Below are positions 25,120-35,805 of a stretch of 64,000 nt of DNA, in pieces. The translations under genes and the position numbers were made by a program. The DNA is from Narcine bancroftii (taxonomy: Eukaryota), in NCBI RefSeq assembly GCF_036971445.1, contig NC_091477.1, forward strand, positions 4,836,001-4,900,000. Direction: 5' to 3'. The notes beneath the pieces are model-generated. The model was not told the origin of the DNA and did not search any database. It worked only from the letters and a program-made list of their open reading frames with translations. Numbering within the stretch: the first letter of the stretch is position 1; the number at the start of each line of letters is the position of its first letter.

Positions 25120-26565
25120 ATGAGAATTGTTGTGGTCTGGTGCACTGATCTCTGTCTGGCCGAGGCCAGACAACAACATTCATATACCTCCTCTTATTTA
25201 TTCCTCCAACAGGTCCCCACGAAAACTCATCAAACCACTGTATTTGAACTCATTCCTTCCAGTCACCTCCCTGGCTCGGCTTTCACCATTGTTTTCCAAC
25301 ATCACACCTCCCACCTAAGATCCACAAACGCAATTGCCCTAGCAGACCCATCGTGTCTGTCTGGTTCTGACCCACCGAATTAGTCTTCGCTTACTTCGAC
25401 TTTATTTTGTCTGCCCTGATCCAGTCCCTCGCCATCGACACACGGTACACATGACATGCACTCCATCACTTCAAAAACGTCCAATTCCCTGAACTCGATC
25501 GATTCATGTTTACCATGAACATCCAATGCCTAGACACTTCCGTTTCCCATAATGAAGGACTCAAAGCCCTTCATGTCTTTCTGAGTAATAGCCCCAACCA
25601 GTCACCCTCCACCTACCATATTCCTCCAGTTGGAAAAACTTATCCTCACCTTCAATAATTTCTCCTTTGACTTATTGCACTTTCTCCATGTCCAATGGGG
25701 AGCCATGGGCACCCAGAAAGGTCCCAGCTATGCCTATCATTTTGCTGGCTACTGGAGCAATCCAGGCTACAAGTCTATACAGGAAAGGCCCCTCAACCTT
25801 TCATAGGCTACACCAATGACTACTTTGGTGCTGCCTCATGATGAGCTCGTTGACGTCATCCACTTTGTGGCTAGCTTTCAGCCTCCCCCTCAAATACACT
25901 TGGTCCATCTTTAGCAACACTATCCCTTTCCTTGATCTCTCTGTATCCATCTCGCGAGACAAACTATAGACAATCATCTCCACACCCATCAACTCTCACA
26001 GTTACCTCGACTACATGGTCCACTGTGAAGATTCCATTCCTTTCTCTCAATTCCTCCTACTCCGTCGCATTGTACCCAGGATGTGGACTTCCATGCCATA
26101 TCATAAGTGATGTCCTCCTTCATCCAACAGTTTTGTTTTCCCTCCACCACCATCTACTCGGCGCTCACCCACATATCCTTATTGCTCGCACCTCTGTGCT
26201 CGTCCCCTCTCTCCCCATGCACAACAAGGACATGAGTCCATATATCCGAACTCTCACCGTGTAATTATTTCATGAGGTTAAGTCAAAACACTCAGAAGTA
26301 GGATGAAAAATGATTTTTAAATATTTCTGTAAATTTTATGCATTTCGAATTACCGTAACATTTATGAATAATTTTATTGAGAATAGGTTCTTGAACTCAC
26401 CAGCCTCCGCATCAAAATATGTTCCTCTGAAATTTCCACTGCCTACCAGTGATTCCACCACAAGAGTCATGTTATTCTCTCCTACCCTCTCCACCTTTCA
26501 CCGGGACTGCTCCCTCAATGACACTCTTGTCCACTTCTCCCTCCCCACCAATCGTCCCCTTGGAA
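25120..26565 (+). mobile_element. Decayed Penelope-like element (RT region)
   Basis: RPIVS, MFTMNIQCLDTSVSHNEGL, GAMGTQKGPSYA and IPFSQFLLLRRI motifs are readable; C/T-rich coding strand. Confidence 0.85.
26254..26393 (+). repeat. ~140-bp direct copy of 28050-28188
   Basis: tcaccgtgtaattatttcatgaggttaag...attgagaatag.ttcttg is present at both sites with few differences. Confidence 0.95.
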
Positions 26566-27244
26566 TATAAACAATCATGATTATGTTGTCTTTGTAAATG
26601 TTAGCTCACCATCCATGGGTGCTACAATTTATAACGTGATTGCATTCGACCACTACCTGGACCAGAATGCAATCCTGGATCCTTTTCATCGAATATGAAA
26701 CAAAACTAGTTCTCAAGCTTTTTGTTACACATTGATTCATGGAATTTACATGAATTCAAATTTACGCATTGCACTCGTTTGACTAGAAGAAACGCAGGAA
26801 CGTCCAGTTCTATATGCCACCCAAGGAGGCTGTGCTTCCGCTAAGCAGAAGCGTTTCAGAGAATGTGATCATCCTGCATCAAATGACAAGGGTCCTGAAA
26901 TTATTTCGTCGTCATTGCAGAGTGAATCAGCAAGTGGTGGAACTTGGTCGTCAAGATAATGGCTACGATTTAGTTTCTGTTCAGAACGCAGGACTCTTTT
27001 TTTTTATCAACCGCAGAGATCAAGTAACCCCAGTTTATTGAGTGTGAACATAACTCCCGTGAAATTAGGATGAGAACTATATTGAAGCGAATACCAGCAC
27101 ACAAACTCTGATCGTTTTGGTAAAGGACCATTGGGAACGGAGCCTCTACAGCAGAGTTACAATATACATACAAAGTGGAGAATACAGCGTACACCATCAC
27201 TGAAAACAATAATCTAGTTCTAAATGGGGGAAAAATGAAGATAG

Positions 27245-27970
27245 CCTGACGAAGAGGGTGCTGGGAGTCCTCGTGCAGTATAGCCTGAATGTAACCTTGC
27301 ATATTGAGTCGTAAAAGCAAATGTAATGCTTGCATTCGTTTCAAGGGCAATGGAATTTAAAAGGAGTATTGTGATGTTTAGGCTTTATAAGTCACTGGTG
27401 AGACCTCAAGGAATCACGTGGAGTATTCTGAGCAGTTTCTAGCTCCTCGTTTAAAAAAGTATATGCTCATGTTGGAGATGGTACAGAGGAGTTTCACAAG
27501 GATGATTTCCGGTGTGTAAAGGCTATAACGTGGGGGGCGTTCGACAGCTTTTGGCCTGTCCTTGTTGGAAGTTAGGAGAATTCAAGGCGGGGGGGTGGGG
27601 TGCTTCTCATTGAAACATTTTGAATGTTGAACTATATGATGAAGAGAACAGATGTGGAAAGGATACTTCGCAAGGTGGAAAGTCTAGGATAAGACAGCTC
27701 AACTCAGGATTGAAGGGCGTCCTCTTAGAACAGAGATGCGTACGGATTTCTTCGGCATGAAGATGGCAAATCTGTGAACATGGTTGCGACAGGCGGTTGT
27801 CAAGGTCAGATCATTGGGTGTATTTAAGGCAGATGATGACAGGTAATTGAATAGCAATGGTATCAAAGGTTATGGGAAGGTTGGGGTGTATGGCTGAGTA
27901 TCAGCTCAAGATTAAATGGCGGTGCAGCGTCGATGGGCTGAAGAGCCTTTTATGCTTTTATGTTTTATGC
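27245..27970 (+). mobile_element. CR1 LINE 3' fragment
   Basis: LYKSLVRP and LEMVQRSFTRMI motifs, followed by a CR1-type 3' UTR (gatgggctgaagagcct). Confidence 0.8.
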
Positions 27971-28539
27971 TCTAATTGTTTTACAGAATTAATTGAAGAG
28001 AAAGCGACTAATTTGAATTAGTCTGAAAAATACTTATCATCGATAAGTATCACCGTGTAATTATTTCATGAGGTTAAGACAAAACACTCAGAAGTAGGAT
28101 GAAAAATGATTTTTAAATATTTCTGTAAATTTTATTCATTTCGATTTACCGTAACATTTTGAATAATTTTATTGAGAATAGATTCTTGTTTGGTTTACTC
28201 CTGAAAGATTCGCCTGCAAGCATTATTATTATTTTAAATGTGCAAAAATTAGCAAATTAACTGAATCCCAGATGCATTGATGGCGCCGTTAAAATCTGTT
28301 GGAGTTCGAGTGTGGTGATCTGGATAAACTGAATGATTATCACGCATTGGACGATTAAAAAATTCAATAATTCAGAGGAAAAAAATCCACTACATCTCCC
28401 TTTTCAAACTATGAATACTTATTATCAAATTCTGCTTCTTTGTTTTCGATCGACATTTTTTCCATAGGTTAAAGGTTTCATTCAAGGATTCAACTTTGTC
28501 AACCTCTCCAGCACTCTCATGAATGCTTTTAAATCCCAC

Positions 28540-28910
28540 TCTAAACACCCAGGACATAATGGTGCCTTGTGCTCCAGATGTGATCTCAGCAGTTTCTGTG
28601 AAGTTGTGCAGATATTTCTATTCTTTATCTCTTTCATTGAAAACCGACTTTCCAAAAGGTTTCTATGCCGAGTCCTTGAGTTTCATGCATAAGACTCTTG
28701 AGATCCCTTTGTCCGTCACGTCAGCTGCAACAAGATCCCACCAGCAGTCAAAATATCTCCATCCTATATATATGTCTGCCTTCTACAGCGACGACTCTCA
28801 TAGCGATTGCTTCGTTTGCGTTATCCTCCACACCGCTGTCTCCACGCACCCTGTCGCATTCACTACAAGGATAGCAGCTACAATACGTTCATTCTCCTCT
28901 ATTCCCAACA
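28540..28910 (+). mobile_element. Highly decayed Penelope-like fragment
   Basis: ccctttgtccgtcacg, atctgcc ttctacagcgacgactctcatagcgattgcttcgt-type sequence resembles 26400-26560. Confidence 0.4.
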
Positions 28911-29319
28911 TCCAGGGACGTAAAGAGCCTTTCTAGGTAAGGAAAATATTGACACGTACTTTCTTCTAACGTTGTATTCTCCTTTCGTTGCTCCTGACGT
29001 GGCAAAGATAGATGAGGCAACAATATTGTGGAACACCCGCGCCCTATCCACAATGATCAACCTGACATTCCGCCTACTTGCCAATGAAACACTTCTTTCC
29101 ATTTTCATGTTCTCCACTGCTCGGGAAGGACCAAACGCGAATTAAAATAAAATAACCTAATATTCTGCCTGGGTAACATACAACCCAATCGCATAAATCA
29201 TTGGAAAATATCCCTTCAGAAGGAAAATAATAAATTGCTCCATGATTCAAACTATGAGAAATTGCAGCATTCTCTTGCGCCGAGAATATGGGGGAGCCCG
29301 TATATGAATTTGAAAACAA

Positions 29320-29830
29320 ACGTCAGATTGCAGGTGCTGCAGTTATCACCGAAGTTATCGCTGGAGGAGCTCGACGGTTCATGCAGCATCCATGGAAAGC
29401 CAAAGGCAAGTGACGTTTCGGGCACAAGCAGTTTATATATGATGATAATAAGGCAGACAGAAATAAGAAGGAAGTTGGAGGGAGAGGTAAGGAGGGAAAG
29501 GGGCTTAAAGTGATAAGGGAGGGACAGATGGCGAAAAAGGATACTGATAGGTGTAAAGGAGAAAAGGGGCTGATGTGCTAAAGGTAAAGAGTAGGACAGA
29601 TGAGAAAAAATGAATGAGCAGGGGCATGGGATGGGGGGCGGTGAGGGGAGGGCGAACCGTAAATTGGAGGTTGATATTAATGTCGTCTTGTTGGAGACTG
29701 ACGAAATGGAATATAATGTGTTTGTTATGCGTTGTGTCAACCTGACAGTGGATAGGGCAATTGATGCAAATGTCAGTATGGCAAAAGAGTGTGGAATTGT
29801 TTGCTACTGGTAGATCCCTGTGGTTCCAGC
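29320..29830 (-). mobile_element. Penelope-like element 3' end and terminal repeat
   Basis: Purine-rich tract plus aaattggaggttgatattaatg, similar to 57430-57620; terminal tgacgtttcgggc. Confidence 0.6.
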
Positions 29831-30715
29831 GGTAGGCAAAAGCTTAAAATGATACAGACACTTCCAAAGTTGAATTTGAGCTTGTATACAATAGCAATCT
29901 GTGAGTTGTAAGTTTGTTGCACCAAAACATTACTTGTGTAGTTCTTGTCGCCTCGCAATAGAAATAAATTTAAAGTTGATAAGAGTGCAGAGATTCATCA
30001 GAATAGAGGGCAATATTGAGACTGGAGGGTTTGCGTTATGAAGAGAGATATTTTGGACAGAGTCTTTATTCAGTGAAGCTGAGTGCGGTGTTGACTCAAA
30101 GAAATACACGAGAGGCACATATAAAATAATTCTTCACAGTCATTCCCAATATTGATGATTGTAGAACTGGGGAAATGGTGGATGTGAGAATTTAGTAGCG
30201 ATCTGACGGGCAAAACCCTTATGCAGATGCTGGTATGCAAGTGAAATGAGCTCCCAGAGGAAGCTTAGGAAAAGAAAGAAAAATAAGGGTCAGAATGGGT
30301 TGGATCGATTTGGTTAAAATAAAATGAAGGCAAATAGGACTGGCCTAGAGTTCCAAATTGTTCGACATACAGAAATGATGCTAGGGCCCTTCCCTTCTAT
30401 ATGGCTCACTTGACGCCATAATGTCTCTTAAAGATGTTGGATTATGTTCCACATCTCTATCACACCGTCACTCGCAAACACTGCAAAAATCTATTGGATG
30501 TAACTTTAAACAAGCCCTATTAATATTAAGCATCAAGAAAAATGTTGAGAATTGCAATTATTAATTTAAATTATTTTGCAAGGGATTTCGGTGCATCTTT
30601 TTAAAAGATATCACCCCGATTTTATGAATAAAACAGGTATAATAGCTATGGTTCCGCATGTTCGAAAGGTCGGAATTTCAGTTGTCCACACAAATATTGA
30701 CTTTGGAGCAGTTTC

Positions 30716-30805
30716 GCTTTAAGAGCAGTTGCTGCAATTATTGGCTAGGGCTCATCGTGTCGCTGTCTACCAATGAGCAGATGAAGCATTGATGGAGATC
30801 TACCC
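30716..30805 (+). promoter_or_regulatory. Clustered protocadherin promoter (CSE plus CCAAT)
   Basis: TGTCGCTGTCTACCAAT at 30758-30774. GCTTTAAG at 30716, GATCTACCC at 30797. Confidence 0.85.
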
Positions 30806-31007
30806 CTCCAATTCAGTGAAACGCAGAGCAGAAGCGAAGAGAAAGACGATGTTTAGGTTTATGCTGTGCGGACATATTCAGCGAAGCTACTTAAGTTCGC
30901 TCTTTGTTTTCCCTATTTCCTCCAAGATATATTGATCAAATTACCAACGGGAGAAATGGTGATATTAACACCGGATTTTTATCCCTTTTAATTGGAAATC
31001 TGGAACA

Positions 31008-33338
31008 ATGGCGTTCGCAATTTGTTACTTTGTCCTGATATTTGCGTTGGACTCCGTCTCGGTGCAAATTCACTTTTCGATTCCCGAGGAGCAGGAGCGT
31101 GGCACCATTGTTGGGAATATCGCCGAGAGACTGGAACTCGACACTTGGGAATTATCAGCTCGGATACTTCGGCTGGTCCATGACGAAAGAAAGAAATATA
31201 TAGAGGTAAACCCGAATAACGGCATTGTATATGTGACTGAAGTAATTGACAGGGAAGAGATATGCAAGCAAAACCCTATCTGCATCCTTAGGTATCAAAT
31301 AACGCTCGACAGTCCATTTGAAATACACCCGATTTCAGTGGGGATACAAGATATAAATGATAATTCACCAGAATTTCCGAAGCCGGAAATATCCCTGCAG
31401 ATCAGCGAATTAATTGCGCCAGGGGCGCGCTTTCCTCTCGAGAGTGCATACGACCCAGACGTGGGGACAAACGCAATCACCATGTACCACATTAGTCCAA
31501 ACGAATACTTCGCTATCAAGATACAGACGAGAACGGACGGGAGCAAAAGTGCTCATCTGTTGTTGAAGAAATACTTAGACCGTGAGCAGCAGTCGACCTA
31601 TCAGTTGATACTGACGGCGATTGATGGCGGCATTCCTCGGAGGTCTGGCACGACTCAAATAAAGATAGCTGTGGCGGATGTCAACGATAACGCGCCTTTA
31701 TTTGACCATGACATTTATAAGGTGCGTGTAGTTGAAAATATTGCAGAAGGTAGCCTGGTCACCAAAATTAGTGCGACCGATTTGGATATAGGGGTGAACG
31801 CAGAGCTGACGTATTCTTTCACAAGTCACGTGCCGAATCATTTTCGCGACCTGTTCGAGATGGACCCGAAAACCGGCGAGATCAGAGTCGGTGGAGTATT
31901 GGACTTTGAAGAAATGAGTGTGTATGAACTCGATGTCGAAGCTGTGGACAGCGGTTTAGCCGGCATGACAGGAAATGCTAAAGTTGTAGTCGGATTAATA
32001 GATATGAATGACAACGCTCCTAAAATTGAGGTAACCTTGGTGACTGGCGAAGTGCGTGAGGACGCTCCTTTTGGAACAGTAATTGCAGTCATTAGTGTAA
32101 CAGATTTAGATTCTGGCGAATATGGAGAAGTACAATGTCAGGCCCCAGAGCATCTTCCTTTTAAACTTCTTAAGTCATCGAAGAACAACTATAAATTAGT
32201 CACCAATAATGTTTTGGATCGTGAAGACTTCCCGGCATACAACATCACTATTTCGGCCTGCGACGGTGGACTTCCTCCCCTTTCGACAAACAAAACTATG
32301 TTTATATCTATTTCTGATGTAAATGACAATGCCCCAAGGTTTACGCAATCTTTCTACAGTGCGTACCTGGCGGAGAACAATACGCCGGGCTCTTCCATAT
32401 TTGCTGTCACGGCTGTAGATCCGGATTTAAATCAGAACGGAGACGTTTCATACTCAATTGTAGAGAATCAAATGGAAGATGTTTCCGCATCTGTGCATGC
32501 CACTATTAACTCGAGAAGTGGCATCATTTACGCATTGTTCTCTTTTGACTATGAGGAAATGAAACATTTCCAAATCAAACTTAAAGCCCAGGATGCTGGG
32601 TCTCCTCCACTGAGCAGCACTGCCATTGTGAATTTTATTATCCTGGACCAAAATGACAACGCTCCCCTTATCATTGCGCCTTTAACATGGAACAGTACGG
32701 CAGTGGTGGAGATAGAGCCTCACTTGACATTTGCAGAGAATGTGATCACAAAAGTAATTGCAACAGATGCTGATTCCGGTCAGAACTCACGACTTTCGTA
32801 TCAACTGCTGGAAGCCAGTGATCCCAGTCTCTTTACCTTGGGATCTCTCTCTGGGGAAATACGAGCCACCCGAAGTTTAAGGAAGCACGACATCATTGCA
32901 GAGAGACTGGTTATCACTGTGAAAGACAGTGGACAGCCGAGCCTCTCTAGTACGGCCACAATCACATTTTCTATCTTGCCTAATGTCACTGACAAATCAA
33001 TTGAACAAACAGACAAGCCGAGATATTTCACGCAGTTTTCACCACTGAATCATTACTTAATTATCGTTTTCGGATCGTCGTCCTTGGTGTTTCTTGTAAT
33101 CATAATTTTCCTAGTTGTGCTGAAGATTAGACAAGACCCAGGACGATCAACAGTCTCGAATTTACATCCACGAAATGATATGTTAAATTATTCTGGAGTT
33201 CGTCAACACGATAGCTATCATTATACAATGTCCTTATCTCCAGAATCTTCGAAAAGCGATTTTTTGTTTCTCAAGCCGTGCCATCCCACTTTACCTTTCA
33301 TTGATTTGGATATCCGTGACACCAGTGCAGTGAAATAA
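31008..33338 (+). CDS. Clustered protocadherin B (776 aa)
   Basis: Intact ORF with signal peptide, CKQNPIC in EC1, six cadherin repeats, TM and KSDFLFLKP tail. Confidence 0.95.
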   Translation: MAFAICYFVLIFALDSVSVQIHFSIPEEQERGTIVGNIAERLELDTWELSARILRLVHDERKKYIEVNPNNGIVYVTEVIDREEICKQNPICILRYQITLDSPFEIHPISVGIQDINDNSPEFPKPEISLQISELIAPGARFPLESAYDPDVGTNAITMYHISPNEYFAIKIQTRTDGSKSAHLLLKKYLDREQQSTYQLILTAIDGGIPRRSGTTQIKIAVADVNDNAPLFDHDIYKVRVVENIAEGSLVTKISATDLDIGVNAELTYSFTSHVPNHFRDLFEMDPKTGEIRVGGVLDFEEMSVYELDVEAVDSGLAGMTGNAKVVVGLIDMNDNAPKIEVTLVTGEVREDAPFGTVIAVISVTDLDSGEYGEVQCQAPEHLPFKLLKSSKNNYKLVTNNVLDREDFPAYNITISACDGGLPPLSTNKTMFISISDVNDNAPRFTQSFYSAYLAENNTPGSSIFAVTAVDPDLNQNGDVSYSIVENQMEDVSASVHATINSRSGIIYALFSFDYEEMKHFQIKLKAQDAGSPPLSSTAIVNFIILDQNDNAPLIIAPLTWNSTAVVEIEPHLTFAENVITKVIATDADSGQNSRLSYQLLEASDPSLFTLGSLSGEIRATRSLRKHDIIAERLVITVKDSGQPSLSSTATITFSILPNVTDKSIEQTDKPRYFTQFSPLNHYLIIVFGSSSLVFLVIIIFLVVLKIRQDPGRSTVSNLHPRNDMLNYSGVRQHDSYHYTMSLSPESSKSDFLFLKPCHPTLPFIDLDIRDTSAVK

Positions 33339-35518
33339 TTCACATGCAACTTATGTTTGCTGGCTTCTTGTATATCTTACTGGATACACCTTTTGCATTC
33401 AGCCAAAGCATGAAACTGTTAGTGGAAAGAAAAGCGTTTTAGTTCTGTTTTACGATTATTGAATGCTTCTTTTAACCCTGCTAAACAATGCATGATGTAT
33501 TATGTTACTTTGAAACCCATACATACATAAACCGATCAATAGTTCAGAGCTAGGACGTGCTGATCAGTTGATGAGATCATATATTGTAAGATTTCACAGA
33601 ATGAAAACAACATGGATTTAAAATGCTTTGTTTTATCAATAAATGACGTAAGCGTTAGTATTTTCACGGAAAATACCTTTAATGGGAATGGTGTATACTT
33701 TTCAGACTGATCATCGTTAAAACTTTTATTATGAAGATTTACATTGAGATGAAGGATCCTCACCCAGTTGATTCAATTAGTCCTGGATAAACGAGGTTCT
33801 TGCAAAGTTTTGAGTGCTGGAAAAAGTTATGGTTTTGATAAAACAGGATCTTGTTCCTTCAATGTGGATTATCCACAACAAAGAGACTTCAATATGATTT
33901 GTGTATGGAGAAAAGAAGAGCTATAAATTGCGACCTTGACTTAATATTGCTTATCAATAATAATTAATTTCGCTCCGTCATTTTCCATGCAGGAACCCTG
34001 TGACGTTGGTTTACATTCTTGTCATCATCCGAATCATGTCGAATATATTTTGTCATTTTTGTTCAAGGCGTCTTGCGCTGCTCTTTAAAATGCAGATCCT
34101 GATACTGTAAATGTTGAAGGTTCTTCATCTACCGATGTTCGATAGATATTGGCATAAGCTCATAATAATCATTTGGGCATACTCAACGCAGAAAAAAAAA
34201 ACAACTACATCCATTCATTCACTTCAATTCCATCGCTGTCTCCATATGTCTCCCTTCATTACACTTTATCTTGCATATTCTCTTTCGGCATTTCCGAAAA
34301 TGGATTAAAATTATTTATGCGTTTGTTTATGTTATTCCACATTTCAGAATCAAGAAAACTAACATCAAAACAAAATTTATAGATGTATTTTCACCTTAAT
34401 TTACAATGTTCTGTTGGTCCGGAATTCACCTCTCCTTCTTAATGAGAGCAGAATGATGCTATCTTCTAACTACAGTGCAGGGAAATGGCGTAATATACCC
34501 CAGAGAATATGTTTAGTTGGGATAAACGAAATTAATTACCTTCGTTGGATTATAATTTCTGATAGCTATGAAGTACTGAACGTGGGATTAACGTTAATTT
34601 CATCGCAGCACTTGTGAACCTCCTTCAATCTGAACATAACCCTCAAAAATATTACAAAAAACAACTCATGTTTCATGGAACATTCTAGCACTCACAATGT
34701 ACTGACACATTTTACATCAGAACTGAAACAATTATGTTTCTGCTGAAACAAAAGAAAATAATTCTCTCTTTAATCCAACAAATGCTGAAGGAATTGATCA
34801 AAACATTGTCACTCATTCAATGTCCCCACTTCAAACACAACTCCATCAGCCTCAAAGATTGTGCAGACATTCAGACTGTAGGTTGAAGGAGAAGGTATTT
34901 CATAGAATCATATGGGACTTGACTAAAGTTATGTGAGGAGAAAGTTTAATTCTGAGATACTCCTGGGTTATTCAATAGGAATGAACATAACCCATCTATT
35001 TTTTTTCTCTATGGATTATTAAGTCTTTGGATCTCTCTCCGAGACATGGAGGGGAGATATAGATACACCACATAGAGTAATTAAGAGCATCAGTGGTCGG
35101 AATTCGCGTTACAATCTGATCAATTAAAATCTTAAAATATGAAGTAGGATCGAGAGGCCAGGATCATAGCACCTCCTCCAATTTCTTGTATTCCTGAGAC
35201 AAAAGTCGGGTCTCCAATACATTTCTGAATATTCGAACATCTGAAGGTACTGACATCTAATGCTGCAAGACTTAGTTACTGTTGTGTATACTTTGCGTTA
35301 TATCATGCACATGTGAGAAGTACTGTTCAGGTGACTCGGTGACAATAAATGTCGAAAGATATAAGCGTTTTGTTCAGGAAACACATAAGTTAGGCTTCTA
35401 TATTTTGTTACAACACATCTTCAAAGTGGATCTAAATCACTGTATTGTGTATTTCTATTTTGGGATTATAATTGCACACGTTTAAATAGAAGAAGAAAAA
35501 TATATTTGGAACAGTCTA

Positions 35519-35608
35519 GCTTTAAGGGCAATTGTTGCAGTTATTGGGTGGAACACTTTGTGTCGCTGTCTACCAATAAGATGCAGAGTGGCTATAAGAG
35601 ATCTACCC
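35519..35608 (+). promoter_or_regulatory. Clustered protocadherin promoter (CSE plus CCAAT)
   Basis: TGTCGCTGTCTACCAAT at 35561-35577. GCTTTAAG at 35519, GATCTACCC at 35600. Confidence 0.85.
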
Positions 35609-35805
35609 CTTCCTTCGGCAGGAGACCGTGAGGAGCGGAAGGGAGTTAAGGTTCCGTTTGCGTTTAAGCCATGGTCTGAAACCTCCGGCTGCGTTTCTAT
35701 TTCCATGGATTTATTTCAGCATTCGACGGATTCCATTAATGCCAGACGTCATTGTTGTTGAGTGTTAAATATTTGGAATTTGATGAGAAATTCTATTCTC
35801 GAACA

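Larger units (their letters stand above)
24525..27225 (+). pseudogene. Protocadherin pseudogene interrupted by a Penelope element, with EC3-EC4 missing
   Basis: Start mutated to ACG (aacaACGgca). ELEQGAFVGNNVQDL, INRESVCGQVNLC and PLEMYRGEVEIL run to ~25115. Cadherin sequence resumes ~26570 with YALHSFD*, PLSRSVSENVIIL, LIVLVKDH, TENNNLV. Many stops and frameshifts; CSE decayed at 24291. Confidence 0.9.

Noticed and set aside
8990-35805. Upstream TTG starts given by the ORF track (8990, 17146, 35752)
   Set aside because: The downstream ATG in the shared CAATGGCG context precedes the signal peptide in all paralogs.
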